Program-made: the position numbers and the translations under genes
Shown here: in pieces, positions 36,590-49,600 of the stretch
Layout of the letters: each line of letters starts with the position of its first letter
Position numbering within the stretch: position 1 is the first letter of the stretch
Notes under the pieces: model-generated
Told to the model about the DNA's origin: nothing
Database searches by the model: none
What the model saw: the letters and a program-made list of their open reading frames with translations, nothing else
Assembly: GCA_032718475.1 (NCBI GenBank)
Contig: JAUCBJ010006704.1
Span: 4,004 to 68,003, forward strand
Source of the DNA: Nemertoderma westbladi
Lineage: Eukaryota; Animalia; Xenacoelomorpha
Reading direction: 5' to 3'
Length of the DNA stretch: 64,000 nt

Positions 36590-38030
36590 TGTCTTAAGAC
36601 GTGGAAATGTGAAATTTGAAGCATGTGGGGCGAGCCACGAAAGTAAGCGAGCTTAGCATACGGGTACAACTAACTCAATCGGTGTGTCTGTTGTTCTGTT
36701 GTGTCCAATTTTAAACGTTAATAACTCAGCCGAATGTTAATGAAATTTAACCAAACTTAGTACACATGTAGTCTGGCCACAGTTTAGAAATTTTCCAAGT
36801 TGAATCTCCATGTGGCCTTTGAGAAGCTAAGATAATAGCAGTTAATTAGATAATTAAGTTGATTAAGGTATAAAGCAGCATTTTGTCTGCTGCTCTTTAT
36901 TGGAAATTAATTATTTTCTAATATAAGATTTAAATAATTATATTTAAAAATATACAGTTGTAATCCCCATACTGCATTCCATTATAGGTTTTATAAAGTT
37001 CAAGTGATTTGCTTCAAGAAATCTGTTTTTAATTGGAGTAAAAGTAATTAAGTGATTAAAATACCCCTCAGCCGTCACTCTATACTCCCTATATACTCCA
37101 GCTAGCTCCCTTATTCCAAGTCATGATTGCTATTGCCCAGCCTAACTAGGAACCAGTCCAACCACCCCAGCTCACCTCTACTCAAAGGCAGCAATGTAAT
37201 GAGCCAAACTAATAAGCCAGCTTTGTTATTGTGTTTAGCTTACAAAATGATTGGCCGAGTACTTAATCATGATTCTTTATATTATTTGGTTAAATAATTT
37301 CGTTGAGGTGTTGACATGATAAAATCTCAGTATCAATACTATCGGCATAAGGTAAGTTTTATATTTATTACAAATTGGGTCGCCTCCACGCCTAAAATAT
37401 TTAATATATTACTTTATGAGTTTAACATGTTGCCAATAACATGAGTTTATTAAGTAAATTATATAACATGCTATCTTTAATTATTTTTGCTAGAAATTTG
37501 TGCTGTTTGTATATTTGTGAATCGCTTCCAGTTGTATTTTGTGATATATTAAAAATAAATATAACATATTACTTTTAAAACACAAATTTTATGTTAATAC
37601 CTCTGATTTTCATCAATCTTGTGTGCGCCTTTGGGTTGGGGTGGTGCAGATTAAGAGGGAGGTTGAAGGGGGGGGGGGGGTCTTTATTCCCCTCTCTTTG
37701 ATGTACTGGTGGTTGGTTAAATTTCTTGAATACCGAGTTTGTGATACAGTAGAATCGATCACTATTAATCTGTATATTATAACTAAGCCTCGTGCTGCAC
37801 GAAGGCGCCACGAACTTGTTCCTGTTTACATCAATATAAAAACATCTGATCTAAAAATGCAAGAATCGAAAGTGAAAAAAATATAATTTTATAAGCTACA
37901 AAAATATTTACTGTTTTTCACACAAAATTTTGAGTTTAATAAGTGGCAAAATTCAAATTTTCCATGTTCGGTTTCAGTTCGGTCGATCCCTATAGTTTTC
38001 CTAGGTGTCCGTGGAACCGTGGTGGGGGGC

Positions 38031-38065
<35 letters not shown>

Positions 38066-38639
38066 TACGGTCCAGAGCTACTGGACCTTGCTGCTATATT
38101 ACAATATTATAAAAGTTATATTAATTATTATTAATAATATATATTATAATAATAATAATTACAATTATAGTTTAAGTGACTGAGTGGTGTATATTTATTT
38201 ATTGAAAATTATAATATAGAGAAATATTATAATAATAATAATTAATTATAATTATTTTGGGTATTTGTATTTATAAAATATATCAGATAATAAGAAATTT
38301 GTACTAAGTACTTCACATACCCACAGAACCATTTTTACTTCGGAATATAAGAAAACAATATGTAAATAAATATATCCCTAACTATTTAAATGATATTAAC
38401 TATATATTCGAATTAAATAAGTAGACGAGTGTTAAGCGAGTGAGTGAGGGAGTGAATTAAGAAACGGAGAGCCTGTGAAATACTGTACAAATCGTACTGG
38501 TAACCTCTTTAGTGCATGCTGTCTGCAGCCTACAGGGTGTTGGCAGTGATTGAATGAGTGACACCGACTGTCCCCTGCATGGTACTGGTAACGGACCTTC
38601 TGTAAGTATCTTGTACTCCTATACAATGTGCATACCACT

Positions 38640-38940
38640 GGTCGAGCAAATACTTGTCAATCAGTTCTCTAGAACCAAAATGATGGTGAACTTGTAATGC
38701 CAAGCCTAGTGTAGTTTGATTATATACTTTAGCAATATGGGAATGAATTGATTGTGAAATGCAAATTGACTCTTTAGAAATATTACCATTCGAAACTAAT
38801 CGTGATATTAGTGAGAATAATGAACTGCTTGTGGATGATATCATGTTGTTGTATGATAAAGTATTCGAATTATTGTAGAACTTGCGATGAGATTCATCTT
38901 CAAGTTGCTTTATTTCACACGTTATTTTCTGGACCAAAGC
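38640..38940 (-). mobile_element. Fragment of a putative large DNA-transposon-like ORF
   Basis: NQTTLGLALQVHHHFGSRELID resembles repeat-derived ORFs I recall from invertebrate genomes; no splice support. Confidence 0.3.
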
Positions 38941-38973
38941 GTTAAATTAGTTATCAATATAATTGGTTGAGGA

Positions 38974-39128
38974 ATACAATGAACGCACCACGTACACTGA
39001 AAGCAAATAGCAAACAGGGTGACATGGTAGCGCTGGAATTTGAATATATCATCGACATCATCTGTATCCAAGAATATCAGATTTGTCATGAAGACACTGC
39101 CATGAAGTACAATTACATTGGAAATGGA
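38974..39128 (+). mobile_element. Short fragment of the RTE-like LINE endonuclease
   Basis: TMNA.RTLKA.SKQGD.VAL..EY.IDIICIQE..ICHEDTAMKYN.IGNG is nearly identical to 48294-48445. Confidence 0.85.
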
Positions 39129-39756
39129 TTTTTACTGAAATTTTTCTTAATTTATGGGATAGCCTATTCGTGCAATACTTACTGGTACCTTAGTTACTGT
39201 ATAATGGTTTGGTGCAGTTTTCCTTGTGGTAGTTGGGTTGGGAGCACTACAATCGATTTGGTATTTCAATTTTTAATAGGCCTTAGTGCCTGCCTGAGTA
39301 CTAACAGTGGCCCAAGTGGCCCAAAATTCTAGGTAGTATCTGAGGGAATAAGACCCCATTTCCTATTTTATTGTTTTCAGATTAATATCACAATCCCTCT
39401 AAAGTCGTGGTTGTCAAACATCATATAATTATATATTTGCAGGGGCATTTTCTGACATCTGTGCAATTTTGTTTAAAAATCTGATCATTTATCTGTTCAT
39501 ACCGGTAGGTACTAATTGGGGTTGGTTGCATTCAGTGGGGAATCATGTTTATGCATTTGTGGCTGATGGTAACATACAGGACCCAGGATCTACTGTAATT
39601 TCCCATCTAGGATCTAGAATCAGTAATATCACACCAAGTCTCACAACTAGATAGAGCCCTGAATCTAAGTTAGTGTCTATGATGTAAGGTAGCACCCCTG
39701 GTTCCCAGCTGAGTTCCCCTTGAAACTAATATTATATTATATATATTGGTTTTCAC

Positions 39757-40247
39757 AGCTGGTTTCAGGTGGTTTACTGCTGCTTTCAGATGGATTCAGC
39801 TGGTTTCAGGTGGCTTACTGCTGGTTTCAGGTGGTTTCAGCTGGTTTCATGTGGCTTACTGCTGGTTTCAGGTGGTTTCAGCTGGTTTCAGGTGGCTTAC
39901 TGCTGGTTTCAGGTGGTTTCAGCTGGTTTCAGGTGGTTTCAGCTGGTTTCATGTGGCTTACTGCTGGTTTCAGGTGGTTTCAGCTGGTTTCAGGTGGCTT
40001 ACTGCTGGTTTCAGGTGGTTTACTGCTGGTTTCAGGTGGTTTCAGCTGGTTTCAGCTGGTTTCAGGTGGCTTACTGCTGGTTTCAGGTGGTTTCAGCTGG
40101 TTTCAGGTGGTTTCAGCTGGTTTCATGTGGCTTACTGCTGGTTTCAGGTGGTTTCAGCTGGTTTCAGGTGGCTTACTGCTGGTTTCAGGTGGTTTACTGC
40201 TGGTTTCAGGTGGTTTCAGCTGGTTTCAGGTGGTTTCAGCTGGTTCA
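39757..40247. repeat. 10/11-bp minisatellite (GCTGGTTTCA / GGTGGTTTCA / GGTGGCTTACT)
   Basis: About 490 bp of tandem units; stop-free in all three + frames. Confidence 0.95.
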
Positions 40248-40387
40248 GTATTTTAGTTCGTACCATAAAATTCTGCATCAGATGATATAATTTTTGATTT
40301 AAATTATCACATTTAAATCATTTGATTTAAAAGAAATGCAGAAAATTAAATAAAACTGTGATTGAAATCAGAACATTGACGAATTCC

Positions 40388-40618
40388 AAGATAGCTCCTT
40401 TTTAAAGAATTCATTAAAAAGGCTCTATCTTAGAACTTCTATATGGTATCCTAAGATAGCGCCTTTCTAATGAATTTATTAGAATATGCTATCTCTAAAC
40501 AGTTCCTGAGATATCGCCTTTTTAATGAAATTCATTAGAAAGGTGCTATCTTAGTTATCCTTATACTGTTTTAGAGATATCGCCTTTTTAATGAAATTCT
40601 TTAGAAAGGCGCTATCTT
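40388..40618. repeat. Four spaced palindromic units of about 45 bp
   Basis: Consensus AAGATAGCGCCTTTYTAATGAAWTTCATTAGAAAGGCGCTATCTT; units separated by 21, 12 and 21 bp. Confidence 0.8.
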
Positions 40619-41184
40619 AGAAATTTGTTGACCAATTACAGAAGTTCAATTTCTACAGTTTGTAAGGAAACTGAGATAAAGGACATAAGTAAAAAATGTC
40701 AAAGTTTGCTTTGATAATTCTGAAATGAATATATCGTTTTCGATGTCGCTGAACACGATGAAACTAGTTATAAATACTATTTTTAGTAATGCAAACCCAT
40801 TTTTGGTGCCATTCTAGTGCCCCAAAACGAAAAGTACAAGTAGCACAAAATTATAATTTAATATATTATAATTTGTAATTCAGAAGCTATACTGGTTTTC
40901 AAAGCCGCTGATCACGATACAACTCGTTTAAATCATTCGTGGTAACGCAACTATAATTTTTGCTACATGTCTGGTGGGACGATAAATACAAATAGCGTAA
41001 ATAAACCCAACGTTAGATTAACGTTGGTGGTTTGCAGGGCAGTATGAGTTACAAATCTGTGTAGAACTTATGCATATTATTTCATTGTATTTAGGTACTT
41101 TTAATATATTAATATGAAATTAAATATTATCGCGCTTGCTGTTACCTTTTATTGTTATTATTGTATTGTTACTTTTTTCTTTGA

Positions 41185-42390
41185 AATACTTTTTCACCAT
41201 CACCAAACCGAAATTTAGTGTTGCTTACTACAGTATATTGCTCTATAACCTTACTGCTAACAAACTCACCTAGAGATTCCAGATATACTGATAACCACTC
41301 TTCTCCACATACTGTTGAAGTATAACCAGTATCCAATTTACCATGATTAAAATAATGTTTCTAGAATAAATGTCGACTGTTCTTCTTCGGGTTTTAAGAA
41401 ACAGTGTTAGATATACATCTTTACCGACTATCGACTTTAAAATGCTCTTATCAACCGTCTAATAGCTATCAAGATGGGGGATCTTGATAGCTAGTATTAG
41501 ACGGTTGATAAGAGCAGTCTTTTTGAAAATGGTGTGGGGATTTACAACTTCGGCACAACATTTGTTGACCATCTGGATGCCTTGGATTAGATACTCTTCC
41601 ATATCTCATGGACCTACCATTATACCTCTAACATACCGACCACGTGATGTAAAATAAACAGATTGTTCAGTTCATCATCACAGTCCTCCAGACCACCTTC
41701 CTCATATAAATAATCATTATCCTCACAAAGGAATGTAACCTCAGTCTCTTGCTTGACACGCACCGCAGTTGTACACCCACTATCGCCACCTGTAAACATT
41801 ACCTTTGATTCCCCAAAGATACGTTTTAATATCGTCTTCAATTAATTCTTGATATATTAAATTCTTTTCTGTTGTTAGAGCAATTTTTCTCTCTGAATCT
41901 GACAAATTCGCCTTATCTAGAAGCTCATAAGATAAAACTCCATCCCCAAAATCTCATGTCATATTCTTTGGCTTTATTATACTGTACCGTGTTTCAAACT
42001 CAGTGATAAACTCATCGGAAATAGTGTCTACATCTTTATTCTTTAAATATTTAAACAACGAATAGGCTTCGTAAGCACAGTCGATTTTATCCTTTAGATA
42101 AATTTCATCGAGTTTTCTAAGTAACGTTCTAACTTCTTTACCTTTTCGAGTCTTTAACTCCATCTGCATTTAGTTGTTCAATGAGTACCTCTAACGCGTT
42201 ATCCTTAGCTTTCCTTGGTAAACACAACAATCAACAATATAGCTGGGGCTTGTCGTTTCTTTTCAATATCATTAACAAGTTTCAAAATCTTTAACTCCCG
42301 TTGCCACGTTATATAATCCGAACCAACACCTAATAAAGGCGGATTTTTATACGACCGCCCACCGGAAACATTAGTACTACTTTCAGCCAT
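41185..42390 (-). mobile_element. Degraded Ty1/Copia (GalEa-like) gag-protease remnant
   Basis: YKNPPLL..YITWQREL; LLRKLDEIYLKD..AYEAY..F; LLDKANLS; MKTILKRIFG; knuckle CRSCKSPHHFQKDC; protease LDTGYTSTVCGEEW..FRFGDG; multiple frameshifts. Confidence 0.75.
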
Positions 42391-43600
42391 TATTTTATTA
42401 GATGCGTTTAGGCCTACTAGGCCTACCTACCTATTGTCTGTTTATTTAGCGTGTTTATTAACACGCTCTGTTAACACGTTAAAGTATAAGATAGGAAACG
42501 TACCTGCCATTTTCTGATGACACGTACTCGGACACCCCCCAGATTTTTCTACAAATCTTTATCATATTGCCTGAAATTTGAAACACAACTAGTTCAAGAA
42601 GCCGGAATTTTCGATTTTACCTTTAAATTAATTTTATAAGCGTTTTAAAAAAGTGTCTTTTGCGAAATCGCACCTTCAGTATCGTGGCCATTCTTCACAT
42701 TAGTCGTAATTTTTGTGACGGGATACGAGTTGGCAAAAGATCCCGACCGGTGTGTGTGTGTTTGAGTCAATAGAAAGCTTGCGTTGCAAGGATTCGAAAT
42801 ATGTAACAAAATATCATAGTTTGAATATCCCGCCACCAATATACTAGAATTTCCATATTATACTGTATACACACATGCATTTGGCATTAAAAACCTTTCC
42901 CGAAATGTATTCGTGCTGCCCAAGTACCGCGCGGAGGCTCCACAAAATATATCTTGGCAGAATTTATAAATTTATTGGCCTCCAAAATCGCTGAGGACAT
43001 CTGGTGGTTCACTAAATGGTGCCGCAATGCTAAGACTTCCCCTTAGTCATGTACCGACAAAATCATTAACAGCTACTACAGTGCGAGATAATTAATTTTA
43101 ATTAATTTTAGTTAATTTTAATTAATTTTTAATTAAGTTAATTAAGTCAGTCCATTAAGTCAGTTAAAATCATTGGTATGGTGACTAAATACAGTATGTT
43201 TTTAAATTTTCCATTTTGACAATATCAGCGACACCGAACAACTTTCAGTTTCACAAGGATTTAGTATTTATTTACCATTGAAATGTATTTTTTTATATTA
43301 TTTACAGATATTTTTACTATTTACAAATTTACAATAAAAATATTTCACAAACATTTCACAAGTTTTCTGTACCGGGTTTATAAACATTATAATATTAATT
43401 CCAGCTAATTATTGGATGGGTATCAATTTATTGATTATAATTTATCTTCGAGGAACGCGTTTATATTTTTATACACGTAATTATTTACATTATCTACAAA
43501 TAAGAAGCAGTTTGATAATTAAACACAAGATGGCGTTGTTGATACACATTTAAGTTCTACTACTGATTATTATCCAAAGCAGCAGTTCAAAAACTGATCA

Positions 43601-43660
43601 CTAGATGTCGTTGGTATTGGAGTTCTGGAATCTCTGTACATCAGATAGTCGGGCAAGAAA
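43601..43660 (-). CDS. FAM47E: FAM47-like terminal coding exon
   Basis: Pyrimidine-rich CAG acceptor; FLARLSDVQRFQNSNTNDI-stop completes a PE|FL junction. Confidence 0.65.
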   Translation of the reverse strand, partial: FLARLSDVQRFQNSNTNDI

Positions 43661-46600
43661 CTGAAAGTAGAAATAGAAAAACTAAGTTAAATAAAAAAGA
43701 GATAAGAATGTAATTAAAATTTATACAGGAATACTACATAATATATAAATGTTTTTCACCCGTGTGATAAATATTTTTCACCCGGGTGATAAATGTTTTT
43801 CACCCGTGTGATAAATGTTTTTCACCCGTGTGATAAATGTTTTTCACCCGTGTGATAAATGTTTTTCACCCGTGTGATAAATGTTTTTCACCCGGGTGAT
43901 AAATGTTTTTCACCCGTGTGATAAATGTTTTTCACCAGAGTGATAAATGTTTTTCACCCGTGTGATATATGTTTTTCACCCGTGTGATAAATGTTTTTCA
44001 CCAGTGTGATAAATGTTTTTCACCCGTGTGATAAATGTTTTTCACCAGTGTGATAAATGTTTTTCACCCGTGTGATAAATGTTTTTCACCCGTATGATAA
44101 ATGTTTTTCACCCGTGTGATAAATGTTTTTCACCCGGGTGATAAATGTTTTTCACCCGTGTGATAAATGTTTTTCACCCGTGTGATAAATGTTTTTCACC
44201 CGTGTGATAAATGTTTTTCACCAGTGTGATAAATGTTTTTCACCCGTGTGATAAATGTTTTTCACCCGTGTGATAAATGTTTTTCACCCGTGTGATAAAA
44301 GTTTTTTACCCGTATGATAAATGTTTTTCACCCGTGTGATAAATGTTTTTCACCCGTGTGATAAATGTTTTTCACCCGTGTGATAAATGTTTTTCACCCG
44401 TGTGATAAATGTTTTTCACCCGTGTGATAAATGTTTTTCACCCGTGTGATAAATGTTTTTCACCCGTATGATAAATGTTTTTCACCCGTGTGATAAATGT
44501 TTTTCACCCGTGTGATAAATGTTTTTCACCCGTGTGATAAATGTTTTTCACCCGTGTGATAAATGTTTTTCAGCCGTGTGATAAATGTTTTTCACCCGGG
44601 TGATAAATGTTTTTCACCCGTGTGATAAATGTTTTTCACCCGTGTGATAAATGTTTTTCACCCGTGTGATAAATGTTTTTCACCCGTGTGATAAATGTTT
44701 TTCACCCGTGTGATAAATGTTTTTCACCCGGGTGATAAATGTTTTTCACCCGTGTGATAAATGTTTTTCACCCGTGTGATAAATGTTTTTCACCCGTGTG
44801 ATAAATGTTTTTCACCAGTGTGATAAATGTTTTTCACCCGTGTGATAAATGTTTTTCACCCGTGTGATAAATGTTTTTCACCCGTGTGATAAAAGTTTTT
44901 CACCCGTATGATAAATGTTTTTCACCCGTGTGATAAATGTTTTTCACCCGTGTGATAAATGTTTTTCACCCGTGTGATAAATGTTTTTCACCCGTGTGAT
45001 AAATGTTTTTCACCCGTGTGATAAATGTTTTTCACCCGTGTGATAAATGTTTTTCACCCGTATGATAAATGTTTTTCACCCGTGTGATAAATGTTTTTCA
45101 CCCGTGTGATAAATGTTTTTCACCCGTGTGATAAATGTTTTTCACCCGTGTGATAAATGTTTTTCACCCGTGTGATAAAAGTTTTTCACCCGTGTGATAA
45201 ATGTGTTTATCACCCGTATGATAAATGTTTTTCACCCGTGTGCTATAAAATGTATAATGTGAGATATAAAATAAGAAACAAACTTTGAATTGTTTCCTTA
45301 TCTAATAATATTATAAATATTACATTATTTATTATCTGGACGGGACGTATTGTAGCCTATTAATCATGAATTACACGAAAATGTCAACCAAGGAACAAAA
45401 AAAGTAACTTTCTCTAATCCAAATTGTTTTCCCATTGGTCGAAACTGTAAACATTTAGGTTCTCAAAAATGGTTATATTACAGAAATTGCTTCATTGGGT
45501 GAATTTTTATAGCCTCTGAAACATTTGGCAAAATATTTCAAAATTTGCTACTTTCTATTACTTTTTATTATTATATGGTCGAGCGAACTCGGACAGTGGA
45601 AATGAGATCCTTCCAGGCTTCCCGATTCTCCATAGTTGTCGCAATTTCGTTTCTCCCAAGTTCCGTTCTTTCAAGTTGATCTATATATGTTATGGCAGGT
45701 CGTCCACGACTGCGCTTTCCATGAGTTGGTTGCCAGAGAAGTAGATCGGGTATGACCTCGTCTTTACTTCGCCAGCAGTGCCCACTGAATCTTAATCTGC
45801 GTTCACGGAGGGTGGTTGATACAGGTGCTATTGTACCATAAAGCTCGGCGTTTGTCATGTGTTGTCTCCAGCTGATGTTTAGGGCTGCCCTTAGTAGTCT
45901 TGTGTAGCAACCGAACCATCAATTCGTTGTTCAAGTGATTTAGTCAGTGTCCAGGTATCACCCCCGTATAAAAATACACTTTCCACTGTGGCTCGAAAGA
46001 ACTTAGTCTTCAGGTGCCTGGAGAGATCTGATTTCCAGATGGTATCCATTTTTGATAGAACTACCCAAGCCTTTGCTTTCCTAACTTCTATGTCCTTTTT
46101 GCTACTCTCTATCCATGATCCAAGGTACTGGAAGTCATCGACCTTCCTTAGTTGATTATTATCAATGGTTGTCAAGTTTCCATCAACATTAAAGGTCATG
46201 AATTCGGTCTTGGTAGCATTTATATGTAATCCAACCTCCTTAGCAGCCCTCTCCACTTTATTTAGTAGAAGCTGTGCATCTGCTAGCGTATTAGAGAGCA
46301 GGGCGATGTCATCCGCAAAGTCGGTGTCTGTGACTGTAGTTGCCGGATATCTACTACTTCAGCGTTCTTGAAGTGTGAATCCCAGATCTTCACCCTTTGT
46401 GGCCGTCCTCATTGCGTAATCCAGCACAATTACAAATAGTAATGGTGCTAATGTGTCACCTTGCAGTACGCCAGCCAGGATTGAGAAAAACTCAGTTTCA
46501 CCCTCTGGTGAGAGTACCTGCGCTTCTGTGTCACAATATAGCAATCCAATGCCAGCAACAATTACTTCTGGTATTCCATAAGCTCTTAGGATTTCAAGCA

Positions 46601-49600
46601 TTTTACCTCTATGGATGGAGTCGAATGCCTTCTTGAAGTCCACAAAAGTCATGACTGCGGGGAGATTCTTTGACTTAATTCCTTCAATCAGTCTCCGTAG
46701 TGCAAGTATCTGAGCTATTGTTGATCTACTTGGTCGAAATCCGTTTTGGCTCTTACGCAGTAGTTTCTCTATGTGAGGCCTAATCCTATATAGAATCATT
46801 TTATTGTATATTTTGGCAGCTACCACAAGCAGACAGATCCCACGATAGTTTGTTGGTATGCCGAGGTCTCCTTTCTTGGGGAGAGGCTTTAGTTGACCTT
46901 TAGTCCAAATTGGTGGTGGCTTTTCCCCTTTTAACATCCGGTTGCAAACATTCAATAATGGTCTATTTAGCACTCCGGTTTTCCATACCTCCGCTGGGAT
47001 TTCATCTAATCCACTCGCTTTATTATTGGACATGCTTTTAATGCTTCTTTGGAGTTCGGCAGGTGTGAAGTCCCCTGTTTCTATAGGTAGTATCTTGTCA
47101 TATATTTTCCTTGTAGGGCTGACCTCGATGTTTGGTGGCTGCCCAAGCAAGTTGCTGAAGTGATTTTTCCACTTCCCAACACGTTCTTCAGGACTATCGG
47201 CTTTGAGGCGCCCCTTTGCACAACTTTTCCGACCAGATACCTCATTTACAGTTTGCCAGGCAAGTCTTGATTGTTGCTGTATGTGAGCAGTTGTAATTGC
47301 TTCAGTTTTATCCTGTATGTACTTTTCCTGGCTGATGTTGTAGGCCAATTTAAGATCGTCTTTAGCTTTCTCAACCTTGTTAATGTTTTCGGTTGTTGGT
47401 TGTTCGGTTTTAACTTTGTAGGCTATCTTAAGATCTTCTCTCTTACAAGTAACCTCAGAGTTTTGCCATGGCACATACTGTTTTCGTTTAGGTTTCTGGG
47501 TGATATGCCTCTTAGCTGATTCCTTGTGGGCTGTTATTATATTCTGGTATATTGAATCGGTGGATTGGTCTTCATCCATTGACTGAAGTGCTTCAAAGCG
47601 GTTTTGAACTTCTACTGTATAAGCATACTTTACTGCATTGTCAGTTCTGAGTTTCTCCCAGTCATAGTTGATTTGCTTGCTTGTCCTGGGTTTGGTGGCT
47701 CTCAAACTGAGTCTGATCTCTGCAGTCACAATTCTGTGGTCCGAACCAATTAGGTTGAACGAGCTGTATGCCTCGCAGTTGATCATGCTATTTCTCCACT
47801 TTTTGTTTATAAGGATGTAATCCAGTTGTGCTTTGGTTCCATTAGGGTATTGAAAGGTCCATAGCTTCCCCTTACTCTTTTCGAATGTGTTGTTTGTTGG
47901 TATCAATTCACATTCTTCCATTAGGTCTAAAAGTAAGTACCCATTTCTGTTAGAACTGGTGTTATAGGTGTAACCCTTGATGTCTTCTGGGCCAATTTGC
48001 GCATTCAGGTCACCAGCAATGACTTTAACATTGTGTTTCGGGATGTCCTTAGTAAGTCCAGTCAGTTCTTCATAAAACTTGACTGCTTGTTCTGGCTCTG
48101 ATGCATTGGTTGGACTGTAGCAACATATAACTGTTGTCTTGGGATTCCCATGAAATGTTGCGATCATAGCCCTGGAATTTATAGATTCGATGTTGTTTAG
48201 GGTCTTAAGTGCAAATGGGCTTAGCAGAATTCCTACTCCACCAATTGATGCATTGGCCGAGTTCCTTACTGCTGAGCTTGTTACTAACGTCCATCCATTT
48301 CCAATGTCATTGTACTTCATGGCAGTGTCTTCATGACAAATCCGATGTTCTTGGATGCAGATGATGTCGATGTTATATTCCATTGCCAGAGCGACGATGT
48401 CACCCTGTTTGCTCTGTGCTTTCAGCGTGCGTGCGTTCATTGTAGCAATCTTTAGTGTCTTTTTACATTTCAACAAGTTGGTTCTTCTTTCTTCTCTGTC
48501 TTCTGTTCCAGTAGCCAATTTATCGACCCCAGCCTGGTGTACCACTGAGGGACGCGGTCCTTGTTGACCCAGGCGACGACCGAGCCGGTATTTCTCCTGG
48601 AGGGTTCTCATACTCATATCTTTCAGGTGCGGGAGTAAACCGCTTGTGGTCGCAACTCCTACAAGCGTCTTCGCAGTAGGTCGCCGTTGGTTGATTACCT
48701 TCCGCCGACCTTGTCAGCATTTCTAGCCGTTGGTTGATTACCTTCCGCCTATCCATGGCCTACAGCCCTGCTGCCGACTGTAGGGGTCCATTTGTTACAC
48801 CCTGAACCAAGTGTGCCTCCTGGGTTAGGTTACCTAACACTGGTAGAGGAGCATCCAGTATAGACAGGGAGGGGCTTGTATCATCTCTAATGCAGATGCG
48901 TATCAAGCCTTTGCCTTCAATGGTGCCCTAGGCGCTATAGCCCTCAATGACTTATTTAGTTGACGGGGCTGAACCAACCCACTCTTGATCAACTAAATAA
49001 TGAATAGGCTATGCTTATCGGGCCTGCCCTACTGGGCTGACAGCTACAGGTAGTACCACATTACTGCCATAGTGGTAGCAGGATCTGGGGACCTGACCTT
49101 GGGAAGTTTATGTGTCTTTTTTCTCTTAATAATCACATGTCTAGGTCAATAGAACAGTAAAACATTTCTCTTTGGCCTTCCTACTCACGATTACAAAGGT
49201 CACTTCATCTAATATCTTGTGATTTATATATTTTTTTAAAATTTCAAAAAAAATAGATACACCCTTGCGAATTTTGTAATTCCGTTACGAAAATGTTCTA
49301 TTTTTCTTGGCATTACAAGTTCTACTACCATCAGATATTTAATGTTCAATAATCTCTGCATTGGTTACAAGAGCTACCATTTCACCAAGCAGTGGAATAT
49401 CTGCAACGTCACAGAAGGCTACAAACAGTGTAACGGAATTACATATCTTGGTAACGGAATTACACTGTGTAACGGAATTACTTATCCCATTGATTAGTTA
49501 TTTGAATATTGCGGGTTATTTAAATACAGACGGGGCCCTTGGATGTTCTGCATCACTACTGCATTAAGGTTAGGGACTGGAGGCAATAAAAAATCATCAC

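Noticed and set aside
39720-40290. Three overlapping ORFs of about 175 aa resembling membrane proteins
   Set aside because: Artefact of a stop-free 10-bp minisatellite open in all three frames.
43746-45243. CRISPR array
   Set aside because: Units are contiguous with no unique spacers, there are no cas genes, and it lies in a eukaryotic intron.
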